DNA of 64,000 nucleotides from Acidiferrobacterales bacterium (GTDB taxonomy: Bacteria > Pseudomonadota > Gammaproteobacteria > Acidiferrobacterales > SPGG2): assembly GCA_046760105.1 (NCBI GenBank), contig JBHIDJ010000005.1:4557-68556 (forward strand), in the 5' to 3' direction. The notes beneath the pieces were generated by a model, which worked only from the letters and a program-made list of their open reading frames with translations, searched no databases and had not been told where the DNA came from. Below, in pieces: positions 30,694-41,888 of this stretch (position 1 is the first letter of the stretch; every line of letters starts with the position of its first letter). The position numbers were made by a program, and so were the translations under genes.

Positions 30694-31428
30694 ATGAAAG
30701 CAAGACTGGTTGCCTATCTTGATTCCATATTCGAAAGCGTCCGCAATCTGACACCGATCATCCTGGTCATTGCTTTCTTTCAGATGGTGGTTTTACGGCA
30801 GCCGTTGCCAGATCTCGGTGGCCTGCTTTTTGGCACTCTCCTGGTCATTGTCGGGTTGACACTTTTTCTACGCGGGCTCGACATGGGCCTGTTTCCAATC
30901 GGGGATTCCCTTGCCCACGGTTTTGCACGTAAGGGTAGTCTGTCCTGGCTGCTTGTCTTCGCCTTCGCTCTAGGTCTCGGCACAACCGTGGCGGAACCTT
31001 CTTTGATTGCCGTCGCCAAAAAGGCGGCCGTGGCGGCAGCAGAAGATGGCGTGATTAGCAATACCGAGTCAGCGCGCGAGGTGTACGCGCTCGAGCTCAG
31101 ATTCACGGTCGGCCTTGCTGTTGGCTTTGCCATCGTCATAGGGGTAGTGCGGATTATCCGTGGCTGGCCGATTCAATATCTGCTTATTGCCGGTTATGTC
31201 GGCGTCGTCACGATGACCGCGTTTGCACCAAAGGAAATAATCGGCATTGCTTACGATGCCGGCGGTGTGACGACTTCCGCTGTCACAGTACCACTGGTGA
31301 CAGCAGTCGGCATAGGTCTCGCTTCCAGTATCAAGGGCCGCAATCCGATGGTGGACGGTTTTGGCCTTGTTGCTTTTGCCTCACTCACACCGATTATCTT
31401 CGTGATGGCTTACGGAATGCTAACCTGA
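30694..31428 (+). CDS. DUF1538 family integral membrane protein (subunit 1)
   Basis: 244 aa and polytopic. Motifs [21 protein letters not shown] and [17 protein letters not shown] recur in the next ORF. My recollection is that this matches DUF1538. Confidence 0.7.
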   Translation: MKARLVAYLDSIFESVRNLTPIILVIAFFQMVVLRQPLPDLGGLLFGTLLVIVGLTLFLRGLDMGLFPIGDSLAHGFARKGSLSWLLVFAFALGLGTTVAEPSLIAVAKKAAVAAAEDGVISNTESAREVYALELRFTVGLAVGFAIVIGVVRIIRGWPIQYLLIAGYVGVVTMTAFAPKEIIGIAYDAGGVTTSAVTVPLVTAVGIGLASSIKGRNPMVDGFGLVAFASLTPIIFVMAYGMLT

Positions 31429-32297
31429 TGGAGTGGCTACATACATTTCTCGACGTAACACGCGATACCTTGCGTGACGTGCTCCCTATCGCGCTTATCA
31501 TCTTCGCCTTCCAGGTGTTCGTTCTGCGCCGGCGCATCCCTCACCTGAAAAGGGTGCTGTTAGGCTTCGCCTATGTGATTATCGGCATGACTTTATTTTT
31601 GCTTGGCCTTGAGCAAGCGCTGTTTCCGTTGGGCAAAGTCATGGCCGAACAGCTCACAGATCCTGTGTTTATCCATGGCACCATTGAGGCAGTAACTGAT
31701 GTTTTGCGCTGGCAGGATTACAACTGGGTCTACCTGTTTGCGGCTGCCATCGGATTTTCCACGACGATCGCCGAACCGGCTTTGATCGCTGTTGCCAAGA
31801 AGGCGCACCATGTATCGGGCGGCGCCATCAGTGTACGCGGGCTGCGCGTCGCGGTGGCGGTGGGCGTAGCCATTGGTATTGCGCTGGGGTGTTTTCGCAT
31901 TATCACGGGCACGCCGCTTCACTACTATATCATTGCCGGTTACATCGTGGTGATTGTGCAAACGATCTTCGCGCCTCGTCTCATAATTGCTCTCGCCTAC
32001 GACTCCGGCGGCGTCACCACGGGCATGGTGACAGTGCCGCTGGTCGCCGCCCTGGGTCTGGGGTTGGCGGGCACGGTGCCGGGGCGCAGTCCCATCATAG
32101 ACGGCTTCGGTCTGATCGCATTCGCCAGCCTGTTCCCAATCATGGCCGTCATAGGCTATGCCCAGTTAGCTGAATGGCGTGAGCGCCGGAAACGCGCGCG
32201 ACGGGCACAGGAGCTTTTCGATTGGTACGCCCAGAGCGCATCGGGGCAGACTATCTCTGAGACATCGGGCGGAAGCGAACCCAGAGATACGCAGTGA
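31428..32297 (+). CDS. DUF1538 family integral membrane protein (subunit 2)
   Basis: 289 aa paralog of the previous ORF ([41 protein letters not shown]). Its start overlaps the upstream stop (TGATG). Confidence 0.7.
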   Translation: MEWLHTFLDVTRDTLRDVLPIALIIFAFQVFVLRRRIPHLKRVLLGFAYVIIGMTLFLLGLEQALFPLGKVMAEQLTDPVFIHGTIEAVTDVLRWQDYNWVYLFAAAIGFSTTIAEPALIAVAKKAHHVSGGAISVRGLRVAVAVGVAIGIALGCFRIITGTPLHYYIIAGYIVVIVQTIFAPRLIIALAYDSGGVTTGMVTVPLVAALGLGLAGTVPGRSPIIDGFGLIAFASLFPIMAVIGYAQLAEWRERRKRARRAQELFDWYAQSASGQTISETSGGSEPRDTQ

Positions 32298-32329
32298 AAT
32301 AATCTGGCTAAAATAGAGGAAGGGCCATC

Positions 32330-32680
32330 ATGCACTTTAAACTGATCATTACCCTTGTCGAAGACGACAAGACCGATGCGGTGTTGAATGCCACCCGCAA
32401 GGCCGGCGCGACCGGCGCAACCGTCATCAACCAGGCGCGCGGCCAGGGCCTGGAAACGAGCAAGACGTTCTTCGGTCTTGAACTCGAGACGCAGCGCGAC
32501 GTGCTCATGTTCCTAGTCGAGGAGCACTTGAGTCGCAAGATTCTAGAGACCATCGCTGAGGTCGGCGAATTTGACAAGAACCCCGGCGCCGGCATTGCGT
32601 TTCAGATTGATGTTGATGATGCAGTCGGCGTGACTCAGCAGATCCGCAAACTCACTGACGCGGTGGAGGAGGAGATATGA
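32330..32680 (+). CDS. PII-like signal transduction protein
   Basis: 116 aa. MHFKLIITLVEDDKTDAVLNATRKAGATGATVI..ARGQG.. fits the beta-alpha-beta PII/GlnB-like fold pattern with a T-loop-like segment. Confidence 0.65.
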   Translation: MHFKLIITLVEDDKTDAVLNATRKAGATGATVINQARGQGLETSKTFFGLELETQRDVLMFLVEEHLSRKILETIAEVGEFDKNPGAGIAFQIDVDDAVGVTQQIRKLTDAVEEEI

Positions 32681-33081
32681 GCGAGAAAAAACTCATCCGG
32701 GTGCAGGACGTGATGAGGGCCGAGTTTTATATGGTCGACGGCATGGCTACCGTTGAGGAGGCCTTGCGCATCATGAAGCAGAACGAGACGGAGTGCCTAG
32801 TTGTCGATAAGCGCAATCAAGAGGATGAGTATGGATTGTTGCTTATCTCCGACATTGCACGAAGCGTATTAGCCCAAGACCGCGCCCCCCAACGGGTCAA
32901 TGTCTATGAAGTCATGGCCAAGCCGATAATCGCAGTTGACCCAGCGATGGACATCCGCTACTGCGCACGCCTATTCACGCGTTTCGACCTATCACGTGCT
33001 CCAGTAATCGAAAACGGTAAGGTCGTAGGCTTCGTCAGTTTCACTGACCTCGTGATGCGGGGGCTTTCTGAGCTGTACTGA
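32677..33081 (+). CDS. CBS-domain pair protein
   Basis: 134 aa with two CBS repeats (VQDVMRAEFYMVDGMATVEEAL..CLVV ; VYEVMAKPIIAVDPAMDI..RAPVIENGKVVGFVSFTDL). ATGA start/stop overlap with the PII-like gene. Confidence 0.8.
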   Translation: MSEKKLIRVQDVMRAEFYMVDGMATVEEALRIMKQNETECLVVDKRNQEDEYGLLLISDIARSVLAQDRAPQRVNVYEVMAKPIIAVDPAMDIRYCARLFTRFDLSRAPVIENGKVVGFVSFTDLVMRGLSELY

Positions 33082-33125
33082 CGGATCGACTCGGACGCGA
33101 AATCTTTCGGTCATCCCTGTCGGAG

Positions 33126-34802
33126 TTAGGCATTTGCCGTCTCCTCGTCGCGCAAGGTGCGGCGTAAAATCTTGCCCACATTGGTCTTCGCCAGCTCGTC
33201 GCGAAACTCGACGTGCTTGGGCACCTTGTAACCTGCTAAGTTCTTGCGGCAGTGCTCAATAACCCGCTCAGCGGTTAACTCCGAATCTCGCTTCACCACG
33301 AAGAGCTTGACCGCCTCACCCGATCTCGCGTCGGGTACCCCGATCGCGGCAGCCTCTAACACGCCATCGTGGGCGGTGACGACATTCTCTATCTCGTTCG
33401 GATAGACGTTGAAGCCGGACACCAGAATCATGTCCTTTTTCCGATCCTCTATGTAGACATAGCCTTTTTCGTCCATGCGCCCTATGTCGCCCGTGCGCAA
33501 CCAACCATCCTTCGAAATAACCTTGGCTGTCTCCTCCGGACGGTTCCAGTAGCCGCGCATCACTTGTGGGCCGCGCGCGCAGATCTCACCCGATTCCCCA
33601 AGAGCGAGTTCGTTTCCGTCATCGTCCTGAATGCTGACGTCTGTGGAGGATAGTGGCACACCGATAGACCCCGTGTAATCGCTAATACTGAGTGGATTCA
33701 CACAAATGCCTGGTGATGTCTCGGTCAGACCATATGCCTCAATCAGGGGCACACCGGTAACCGCCTTCCACGATCCCGCCACGGAACGCTGTACCGCCAT
33801 ACCGCCACCCAAGGCAATCTTAAGGCGACTGAAGTCAATTTCATCGAAACCCGGTGTGTTTAGCAATGCATTGAAAAGCGTGTTGACGCCCGTGATGACG
33901 GTAAATTTGAATTTCTTGAGTTCCTTGACGAAGCCCGGGAAATCACGCGGGTTTGTTATCAACACGTTGTGGGCACCAACCTTCATATAAGTTAGGCAGT
34001 TCACCGTCAACGAAAAAATATGATAAAGCGGCAAGGCAGTAATCACAATGTCTTCACCTTCGTTCCCGAGCGGGCTCACCCACGCGGAGGCCTGCAGCAG
34101 ATTGGCCACCATGTTTCTATGCGTCAGCACCGCCCCTTTTGCAACGCCAGTCGTACCCCCTGTGTACTGGAGGAAAGCGATGTCATCATGGGTAAGCTTC
34201 ACATCATCCAGCGTTTGTGACTTGCCAGCGCGTAGAGCATTCTTGAAGCTCGTGGTGCCGTGAATATTCCACTTCGGCACCATCTTCTTGATGTGCTTTA
34301 CGACCAGGTTCACCAAGGCAGATTTGGGGAACGGAAACATGTCGCCGATCTGCGTCGAAATCACTGTCTTGACGGGTGTGTTTGCCACCACGTTTTCCAA
34401 TGTCGTCGCAAAATTCTCCAGAATCACGATTGCCTTCGCGCCAGAGTCGTTCAGCTGATGCTCGAGCTCGCGGGCGGTATAGAGGGGATTCACGTTCACA
34501 ACGACCATGCCAGCACGTAGAATGCCAAAGAGCGCCACTGGGTACTGCAGCAGGTTCGGCATCATAATGGCGACCCGATCCCCCTTCTGCAGACCAATAA
34601 CTTTCTGCAAGTACGCGCCGAAGCTCCGACTTTGGTCATCGACGTCGTTATAAGTCAGGGTGATCCCCATGTTCGTGAAGGCCGGGAGGCGTCTATATCT
34701 GGTGCAACTCTGTTCGAAGATGTCTTTGAGCGAACTAAACTGGTCAACGTTGATTTCGGCAGGGACGCGTGCCGGATATTCTTTCAACCAGATCTTTTCC
34801 AC
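33126..34802 (-). CDS. fadD: long-chain-fatty-acid--CoA ligase
   Basis: 558 aa with the AMP-binding signature [24 protein letters not shown]-like AYGLTETSP and GWLRTGDIG. Colinear with FadD. Confidence 0.88.
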   Translation of the reverse strand: MEKIWLKEYPARVPAEINVDQFSSLKDIFEQSCTRYRRLPAFTNMGITLTYNDVDDQSRSFGAYLQKVIGLQKGDRVAIMMPNLLQYPVALFGILRAGMVVVNVNPLYTARELEHQLNDSGAKAIVILENFATTLENVVANTPVKTVISTQIGDMFPFPKSALVNLVVKHIKKMVPKWNIHGTTSFKNALRAGKSQTLDDVKLTHDDIAFLQYTGGTTGVAKGAVLTHRNMVANLLQASAWVSPLGNEGEDIVITALPLYHIFSLTVNCLTYMKVGAHNVLITNPRDFPGFVKELKKFKFTVITGVNTLFNALLNTPGFDEIDFSRLKIALGGGMAVQRSVAGSWKAVTGVPLIEAYGLTETSPGICVNPLSISDYTGSIGVPLSSTDVSIQDDDGNELALGESGEICARGPQVMRGYWNRPEETAKVISKDGWLRTGDIGRMDEKGYVYIEDRKKDMILVSGFNVYPNEIENVVTAHDGVLEAAAIGVPDARSGEAVKLFVVKRDSELTAERVIEHCRKNLAGYKVPKHVEFRDELAKTNVGKILRRTLRDEETANA

Positions 34803-35049
34803 GACTTTCTCCTCAGCAGGATGAGTTTAATCCCGAGGTTGCTTGCTCGCTAACGCATACCGGGCGCTCTGTGCCTACACGCTTCTCTTGAAGCGATCCG
34901 ACCGCGGTATGTGGATTCAGATTCTGACAAGCACAATTAAAAAACGCCAAACCTGACGCGAACGATACCTATTGTACACCCAAGGTTCGCCGAACCGTCG
35001 AACAAGAATCGGTTCGTAAACACACGCGCAATTTACTAATGCGCCTCGG

Positions 35050-36045
35050 CTACGTGTCAGAGAGCGATCGGGTGATCTGCTCGGCGTAGTGGCAAGCCAC
35101 CAGCCGGCCGGCTACTGTGCGCAGCTCGGGGCGAACGCGAATGCATTCTTCCGTCGCATGTGGGCACCGCGTGTTAAAGGCGCAGCCCGATGGCGGGTTG
35201 AGTGGCGACGGTAGCTCTCCTTTCAAGGCAATGCGCTCGGCGCGTTGGGTGGGATCGACATGAGGCGTTGAAGCCAAAAGCGCGTTTGTGTAGGGATGAC
35301 GAGGATTGGCAAAAATCATCTTAGCCGAACCTTGCTCGACGGGGCGGCCGAGGTACATCACGATCACATCATCGGCGATATGGCGGACGACGGATAGATC
35401 GTGCGAGATGAATATGTAGGCGAGCTTGAACTCGTCCTGCAGGTCGACTAACAGGTTCAGGACTTGTGCCTGGATGGACACATCGAGCGCGGAGACCGGT
35501 TCGTCAGCAACGACAACCGAGGGGTTGAGCATCAATGCCCGTGCGACGGCGATGCGCTGACGTTGGCCGCCCGAAAACATGTGCGGGTAGCGGCTATAAT
35601 GCTCAGGCCTTAAGCCCACCTTAGACATCATCTCGCGTGCCTTCGTCTCGCGCTCGGCCCCACGTAGGGGAGTATTGATAACCAGTGGCTCCTCGATGAT
35701 CGTGCCCACCTTCTTGCGTGGGTTGAGTGAGGCGAACGGGTCCTGAAATACGATCTGGACCTTGCGACGCAGCTTTCTGATAGCTGCCCCGCCCGCAGCG
35801 GAGGCATCCTGCCCTCCGATGAAAAGATGGCCGGATGTCGGTCGCTCGATAAGCGTGAGCTGTCGCGCCAGTGTGGACTTGCCACAACCCGACTCGCCAA
35901 CGACTGCCAGTGTCTTACCTGCCGCCAGCGAGAATGACACACCATCGAGCGCCTTAAGCGTCGCACCGCGGCGAAAAGGACCGTGCGTCACCGCGTAGTG
36001 ACGGGCCAAACTCTTGGCTTCCATCAGAGCGGCGACCGCACTCAT
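35050..36045 (-). CDS. dppF: dipeptide ABC transporter ATP-binding protein
   Basis: Walker [10 protein letters not shown], signature FSGGQRQR, and an oligopeptide-type C-terminal domain. Last gene of the dpp-order operon. Confidence 0.85.
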   Translation of the reverse strand: MSAVAALMEAKSLARHYAVTHGPFRRGATLKALDGVSFSLAAGKTLAVVGESGCGKSTLARQLTLIERPTSGHLFIGGQDASAAGGAAIRKLRRKVQIVFQDPFASLNPRKKVGTIIEEPLVINTPLRGAERETKAREMMSKVGLRPEHYSRYPHMFSGGQRQRIAVARALMLNPSVVVADEPVSALDVSIQAQVLNLLVDLQDEFKLAYIFISHDLSVVRHIADDVIVMYLGRPVEQGSAKMIFANPRHPYTNALLASTPHVDPTQRAERIALKGELPSPLNPPSGCAFNTRCPHATEECIRVRPELRTVAGRLVACHYAEQITRSLSDT

Positions 36046-37019
36046 GTTTTCGCCCCCGCCACGCCCAATGGATAATGACAGCGCACAAGACTGTCTTGCA
36101 CCCGCTGCAACTGCGGCTGCTCGCGTACACAGCGCTCGTCAGCGTATTGGCAGCGCGGATTAAAGAGGCAGCCGGTGGGGCGATCATATAGTCCCGGCAC
36201 CACACCAGGGATGGTTGGCAGCCGCCGTCGATCGATATTGCGTTCGGGAAGTGCGTTCAGGAGTGCATCGGTATACGGATGACGGGGAGTCCGAAATAGC
36301 GATTCCACCTCGCGCTGCTCCGCCACTTGGCCCGCGTACATGACGACCACCCGTTGCGCCGTCTCTGCTATGACGCCCATATCGTGCGTGATCAGCACTA
36401 ACGCCATGCCGCGTTCGCGCTGCAGGGAAAGCAGAAGATCGAGAATCTGTGCTTGAATGGTAACGTCGAGTGCCGTCGTGGGTTCGTCAGCGATCAAGAG
36501 TTTTGGGTTGCAGGCAATCGCCATGGCGATCATGGCACGCTGGTTCATACCGCCCGACAGCTGATGGGGAAACGCACGCAGGCGGCTCGCTGCGGCTGGG
36601 ATGCCGACGTGCTCGAGTAGCTCAATTGCACGGGCACGACGCTGGGTACGGCTACCGCCTTCGTGAATGCGCAACGCCTCCATGATCTGAAAACCGACCG
36701 TGTAACATGGATTCAGACTCGTCATCGGCTCCTGGAACACCATGGCTACATCTTTGCCGGTGATGTGCCGACGTTGGTTCGGAGTCATCCTCAGCAGATC
36801 CGTGCCATCAAACACGAGCTTGTCGGCTGAAACCCGGCCGGGGTAACCGATCAATCCCATTACGGCAAGCATGGTGACACTCTTGCCCGAACCCGACTCG
36901 CCAACTATGCCCAGGACTTCGCCGGACTCGATGATTACGCTGGCCGCGTCAACCGCCTTCAGAGTCTCTGCGCGTCCAACGAATTCGACTGTCAGATTTT
37001 CAATCTCGAGCAGTGCCAT
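36042..37019 (-). CDS. dppD: dipeptide ABC transporter ATP-binding protein
   Basis: Walker [10 protein letters not shown] and signature LSGGMNQR. 4-nt overlap with dppF. Confidence 0.85.
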   Translation of the reverse strand: MALLEIENLTVEFVGRAETLKAVDAASVIIESGEVLGIVGESGSGKSVTMLAVMGLIGYPGRVSADKLVFDGTDLLRMTPNQRRHITGKDVAMVFQEPMTSLNPCYTVGFQIMEALRIHEGGSRTQRRARAIELLEHVGIPAAASRLRAFPHQLSGGMNQRAMIAMAIACNPKLLIADEPTTALDVTIQAQILDLLLSLQRERGMALVLITHDMGVIAETAQRVVVMYAGQVAEQREVESLFRTPRHPYTDALLNALPERNIDRRRLPTIPGVVPGLYDRPTGCLFNPRCQYADERCVREQPQLQRVQDSLVRCHYPLGVAGAKT

Positions 37020-37921
37020 CAGCGTTTCAGCCGCGGATCGAGGGCATCGCGCAGCCCGTCGCCCATCAGATTAATGGCGAGCACCGTGATCAGGATGGCA
37101 AGCCCAGGGAACGTCACCACCCACCAAGCGCGCTGGATGAATGCCAACGCATTCGAGAGCATGGTCCCCCACTCAGGTATGGGCGGCTGCGCGCCCAGAC
37201 CGAGGAACCCGAGTGCGGCGAGATCGAGCACCGTGGTGGAGAAGCCGAGTGTTCCCTGAACGATGAGCGGGGCCATGCAGTTGGGCAGCACCGTAATGAA
37301 CATCAGTCGCAGCAGCCCTGCCCCACTGACCCGCGAGGCGGTCACATAATCCTTGGAAAGCTCGTTGATCACAGACGCGCGGGTGATGCGCACGTAGTGG
37401 GGAAGGACAACGATCACGAGGGCCATGGCGGCGTTGGTCAGGCTAGGACCCAGGATGGCCACGATGACGATGGCAAGCAACAGGCTTGGCAGCGCCAGCA
37501 TGACATCCATCATGCGCATGATGGCGATTTCGACCACACCTCTGAAAAACCCCGCTACCAGGCCGAGAGCGATCCCCAATGCCAGCGATAGCGTCACCAC
37601 CAGCGAAGCGATCGACATCGACACCCGCGAGCCGTGGATGATCCGCGACAGAATATCGCGTCCGATGTCGTCGGTGCCGAGAATGAAGCGCGTCGAACCG
37701 CCTTCGACCCAGGCAGGCGGGACGAGGAACGCATCCCGGTATTGCTCGTGGGGGTGGTGCGGCGCGAGGACGGGGGCCGCGATCGCGACCGCCGCGATCA
37801 TACAGATGATAACCAATCCGATCAGCGCCCCACGGTTGGAGCTGAAATACCGCCAGAACTCGACCAGTGGGTGTGGCGGCGCCCCGGGGGCAACGGTCAC
37901 CGCTTCGACATTAGCTGCCAT
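37019..37921 (-). CDS. dppC: dipeptide ABC transporter permease
   Basis: Start trimmed from 38074 to ATG 37921 (GGGGAGG RBS, just after the dppB stop). Polytopic BPD-transporter permease. Confidence 0.85.
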   Translation of the reverse strand: MAANVEAVTVAPGAPPHPLVEFWRYFSSNRGALIGLVIICMIAAVAIAAPVLAPHHPHEQYRDAFLVPPAWVEGGSTRFILGTDDIGRDILSRIIHGSRVSMSIASLVVTLSLALGIALGLVAGFFRGVVEIAIMRMMDVMLALPSLLLAIVIVAILGPSLTNAAMALVIVVLPHYVRITRASVINELSKDYVTASRVSGAGLLRLMFITVLPNCMAPLIVQGTLGFSTTVLDLAALGFLGLGAQPPIPEWGTMLSNALAFIQRAWWVVTFPGLAILITVLAINLMGDGLRDALDPRLKR

Positions 37922-37929
37922 AACCTCCC

Positions 37930-38940
37930 CTATCGGGCGTGTCGAATGCGTGGGTTGATCAACCCGTACATCAGATCGACGATGAGATTGACCGTCATGA
38001 CCACGGTGGCAACCAGCAGCACGCCGCCTTGAACCACGGGATAGTCGCGTCTGCGCACCGACTCGACCAGCCATTTCCCGACGCCAGGCCAGGCGAAAAT
38101 GGTTTCGGTCAAGATGGCGCCCGCGAACAGCACGCCGACCGCCAGACCGATCACCGTGATCACCGGGATCAACGCGTTGCGCAATGCATGCACGCTTACC
38201 ACCCGAAATGGGGAGACACCTTTGGCGCGGGCGGTGCGGATGTAGTCCTCGTTAAGCACTTCAAGCATGGACGAGCGCGTCATCCGTGCCACCACTGCGA
38301 GCGGAATGGTCGCAAGTGCTATCGCCGGTAGGATGAGATGACGGACCGCGGAGACAAAGGCGCCGTCCTCGTCGGAGAACAGACTGTCGATGAGCATGAA
38401 TCCGGTAACCGGCTCCACCCAGAACAGCGCCGACATCCGGCCCGAAACCGGCGTCCAGCCAAGCTTGACGGAGAACAGGAGGATGAGCAGCAGCGCCCAC
38501 CAGAAGATCGGCATGGAGTAGCCCGTCAGCGAGACGGCCATGGACGAGTAGTCGAAGACCGAGCCCCGACGCACCGCCGCAATAATGCCGGCTGGCAGAC
38601 CGATGAGCACCGCCAAAGTCATGGCGCAAATCGCCAGCTCGATGGTGGCCGGGAACAGCGTTAGGAACTCGCTCAACACGGGCTCCTTGGTGACAATGGA
38701 GCGGCCAAGGTCTCCGCGCAGGACACCGCTGATGTAGATCCCGTACTGCACGAGTAGCGGCTTGTCGAGGCCGAGCTCCGCGCGCAACTGCGCGTGGCGT
38801 TCGGGATCGATGCCACGCTCACCGACGAGTAACTCGATAGGATCGCCCGGAACCAGGCGAATAAGCGCGAACGTAAGCAACGTCACCCCGAAAAATGTGG
38901 GGATGACGAGACTTGCCCGCCTCAGAAGGAACTGGAGCAA
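37930..38940 (-). CDS. dppB: dipeptide ABC transporter permease
   Basis: 336 aa starting MLQFLLRR..IPTFFGVTLLTF..RLVPGDP, which is typical of DppB/OppB. Confidence 0.88.
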   Translation of the reverse strand: MLQFLLRRASLVIPTFFGVTLLTFALIRLVPGDPIELLVGERGIDPERHAQLRAELGLDKPLLVQYGIYISGVLRGDLGRSIVTKEPVLSEFLTLFPATIELAICAMTLAVLIGLPAGIIAAVRRGSVFDYSSMAVSLTGYSMPIFWWALLLILLFSVKLGWTPVSGRMSALFWVEPVTGFMLIDSLFSDEDGAFVSAVRHLILPAIALATIPLAVVARMTRSSMLEVLNEDYIRTARAKGVSPFRVVSVHALRNALIPVITVIGLAVGVLFAGAILTETIFAWPGVGKWLVESVRRRDYPVVQGGVLLVATVVMTVNLIVDLMYGLINPRIRHAR

Positions 38941-39016
38941 CTCGGATCCCTATAGACAGAGTGGGGGCGGCGAACCGCCCCCAGCACTTAATCCAAGCCT
39001 TGCCTACCGGATCGAC

Positions 39017-40609
39017 TTATTTAAGATCAACGCCGTAGAAGACGTGGCCGCCAAAGGGATCGATTTTGAAGTCCGCGACCTCTTTGCGTACCGGCTTAAA
39101 CACCACCGAGTGGGCGATGGTGAACCACGGTGCTTCTTCCTTAAAGATAAGCTGTGCCTTCTTGTAGAGCGCGGTTCGCTTGGCGACGTCAGCCGTGCGC
39201 TTGGCTTCGACCAAGAGATCGTCGAACGGCTTGTGGCACCAACGTGCCCGGTTAGCACCTTTCGCCGCCGCACAGCCAAGCAATACGTACATGAAGTTGT
39301 CGGGATCGCCGTTGTCCCCGGTCCACCCGAGCAGGATCATTTGGTGTTCGCCCTGCTTGGACCGCTTGAGATACTCACCCCACTCGAACGTTACGATCTT
39401 GGCCTTGATACCAACCTTGCCGAGATCCGCTTGCATCAACTCGGCCATCCGCCGGGCGTTGGGATTGTACGGCCGCTGTACCGGCATGGCCCACAGATCG
39501 GTCTCAAAACCATCCGGATATCCAGCTTCGCTCAGTAGCTCTTTGGCCTTCTCCGGATTGTAAGGATAGTCCCTTACCGCATCGTTATACGACCAAATCG
39601 TCGGCGGAATAGGATTCTTGGCCGGCGCACCGGCACCGAGGTAGATGGCGTCGATGATAGCCTGTTTATTGATCGCGTAGTTGATCGCCTGGCGAACGAG
39701 CTTGTTGTCGAACGGCTTCTTCTCCGTATTGAAGGCAAGATAGCCGACGTTCAGGCCTTCCTGCCGAAGCAGCTTGATGTCTGGATCCTTTTCCATCGCC
39801 TCGAGGTCAGCCGGGTTCGGATACGGCATCACGTGACACTCGCCGGCCTTTAGTTTTGCATAGCGCACCGCCGGATCAGGTGTAATCGCGAAGATCAGTT
39901 TGTCGATCGCCGCCTTTCCGCCCCAATAGTCCGGGTGGGCCTGATAGCGGATGACCGCGTCCTTCTGATAGGAAACGCGCTGGTACGGACCGGTACCAAC
40001 TGGATTGAGGTCAACCTTCTCCGGCGTACCGACCACCTGCATCTTCTGCGCGTATTCGGCCGACAGGATTGAAGCGAAGTCCATGCCCAAGTTGGCGATC
40101 ATCGGCGCTTCTGGCACATTTAGCGTGAAACGTACAGTATGATCGTCGACCTTCTCGACGCTTTTCAGCAGGTTAGGCATGTCCATGCTGTTGAAGTACT
40201 CGTAGCCACCACCTGAAACCTTGTGGTACGGGTGATCCTTCTTCAGCTGGCGGTTGAAACTGAAGAGCACGTCATCGGCATTGAAATCGCGCGTGGGCTT
40301 GAAGAACTTGGTCGTCTGAAACTTTACGCCCTTACGCAGATGGAACGTGTAGACCAGGCCATCATCGGACACATCCCACGACTCGGCCAGCGCGGGAACG
40401 ATCTTAGTGGTGCCGCGCTCGAACTCGACGAGTCGATTGAAGATCTGGCGCGATGAGACGTCGAACGTAGTGCCCGCGGTGTAGAGTGACGGGTTGAACC
40501 CCTCCGGACTGCCTTCTGAGCAATAGACCAGGGTCTTGGCGGGAACTGAGGCGACCACGCCAACGCTCAGCACTGCGCCCAACACAAGACTAAAGAATTT
40601 GGGTTTCAT
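39017..40609 (-). CDS. dppA: dipeptide ABC transporter substrate-binding protein
   Basis: Start trimmed to ATG 40609 (AGGAG RBS, signal peptide MKPKFFSLVLGAVLSVGVVASVPA). The mature protein begins KTLVYCSEGSPEGFNP..LVEF and stays colinear with E. coli DppA throughout. Confidence 0.92.
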   Translation of the reverse strand: MKPKFFSLVLGAVLSVGVVASVPAKTLVYCSEGSPEGFNPSLYTAGTTFDVSSRQIFNRLVEFERGTTKIVPALAESWDVSDDGLVYTFHLRKGVKFQTTKFFKPTRDFNADDVLFSFNRQLKKDHPYHKVSGGGYEYFNSMDMPNLLKSVEKVDDHTVRFTLNVPEAPMIANLGMDFASILSAEYAQKMQVVGTPEKVDLNPVGTGPYQRVSYQKDAVIRYQAHPDYWGGKAAIDKLIFAITPDPAVRYAKLKAGECHVMPYPNPADLEAMEKDPDIKLLRQEGLNVGYLAFNTEKKPFDNKLVRQAINYAINKQAIIDAIYLGAGAPAKNPIPPTIWSYNDAVRDYPYNPEKAKELLSEAGYPDGFETDLWAMPVQRPYNPNARRMAELMQADLGKVGIKAKIVTFEWGEYLKRSKQGEHQMILLGWTGDNGDPDNFMYVLLGCAAAKGANRARWCHKPFDDLLVEAKRTADVAKRTALYKKAQLIFKEEAPWFTIAHSVVFKPVRKEVADFKIDPFGGHVFYGVDLK

Positions 40610-40837
40610 GGTTAATCTCCTAATGGTTGTCGTTGTTTGATTTGAATGCTCGCCCATCGACACGTGTCGAGGCACTTTGATTCAGCCTTGGCCAAAGCCG
40701 CCACGGTGATAATACGCTGTATCCTACGTCGGGCGCCAACGGATGTCAGCAGGATGTGCCCTAATGTCGACCCCGCCCGTGTCCGTTCGTCTAAAGAACT
40801 GACGCGGGAGATAATCTCCGGACAGGAGTAGCCCGCC

Positions 40838-41122
40838 ATGAAGTTTTGTCATTTTCCCGGCCGGCGCTCAACCAATACACGTGCAGTTCTTACGGTTATT
40901 AATGGTCGATGGCCCGAGGCAGGGCTGCGGCCGGTGGATGCCTTGGCCGTGAGAGGCAAGCTGTCAGGCTACCATCTGTTATCGGGAGCACGTGCCGACC
41001 GCTGGCGGCGGCTGGGTTGTTGGGCTGAAGTGGCGCAGGCCTATCACAGTGCGAGCCGTCCTGAGCAAAGATTCCTACGGCAACGCCTAACCGACGTGCA
41101 ATCCAAAGCCTGGCAACCATAG
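40838..41122 (+). pseudogene. remnant of the C-terminus of a COG4941-type ECF sigma-70-like protein
   Basis: The ORF contains ..LSGYHLLSGARADRWRRLG.WAEVAQAY......EQRFLRQRL... This matches the characteristic C-terminal end (L.GYHLL...RADLLRRLGR..EA..AY..A......E.RFL.RRL) of ~400-aa sigma-like proteins. Only about 70 aa are present, and no sigma regions 2/4 lie upstream. Confidence 0.5.
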
Positions 41123-41146
41123 TGTTGGGTATCCTATAGAACCGCA

Positions 41147-41785
41147 TTACTGTAGTGTTTTTATGTAAGCGACGACATCTTTTATCGCTTGTTCGTTAGG
41201 CAGCAGTGCATGTGCCATTGACGCCATCGTTTGGCCATAGGTGTCCTTCTCATGGGCACCACGAATACCTGCTCTAAAGTTCTGTAGTTGACGCATTAGA
41301 TACCAATCATGCTGACCCGCTAAGCGCGGACCACCGAGCGTCTCGTTTCCTTGCCCACTCTCACCGTGGCACGACTGACACGAGGCAAAGATTATCTTGC
41401 CTTTATCAGGAACGCCCGTTTGCTCCGTTCTCGCAGGAGCTTCGGCCTCGAGCGTGGCTATATAGGCGACGACGTCCTTCAGTGCTTGTGCGTCTACGAG
41501 CAACATAAGGGCCATTGAACGCATTTGTTGGCCAAGGGTGTCATTCTCATGAGTGCCCCGAATACCGTTCTCGAAATTTTGAAGCTGACGAGCCAGATAC
41601 CAATGGCGTTGACCCGCTAAACGGGGGGCGTTTGCTTCTTTGTTCCCCTGCCCATGCTCGCCATGGCACGTCTGACAGCTCGCATAGTACTGTTTACCTT
41701 TCCCGGCGTTACCCTTAGCCGCATAGGAGAAGGTTGGTCCTGTAACAACTAGAGAACAAACCATCAAGAACAGGAATTGTTTCAT
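41147..41785 (-). CDS. dihaem cytochrome c4-type protein
   Basis: Two CxxCH sites (CQTCHG, CQSCHG) in duplicated ~90-aa halves, each followed by a Met-containing MRSMA/MASMA segment. Signal peptide from ATG 41785. Confidence 0.85.
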   Translation of the reverse strand: MKQFLFLMVCSLVVTGPTFSYAAKGNAGKGKQYYASCQTCHGEHGQGNKEANAPRLAGQRHWYLARQLQNFENGIRGTHENDTLGQQMRSMALMLLVDAQALKDVVAYIATLEAEAPARTEQTGVPDKGKIIFASCQSCHGESGQGNETLGGPRLAGQHDWYLMRQLQNFRAGIRGAHEKDTYGQTMASMAHALLPNEQAIKDVVAYIKTLQ

Positions 41786-41888
41786 CTCGCATCCCTCAGT
41801 CAAACAGGGTTCACAAGTTTTTACGAATCAAACTTGGCATATAATATCGCATGCTCTTCAACTTCAGCGCATATTCTCGGGACGACTG

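Noticed and set aside
40838-41122. Treating ORF 40838..41122 as an intact small gene.
   Set aside because: Its only recognisable part is the extreme C-terminal motif of a ~400-aa protein family, so it was called as a remnant instead.
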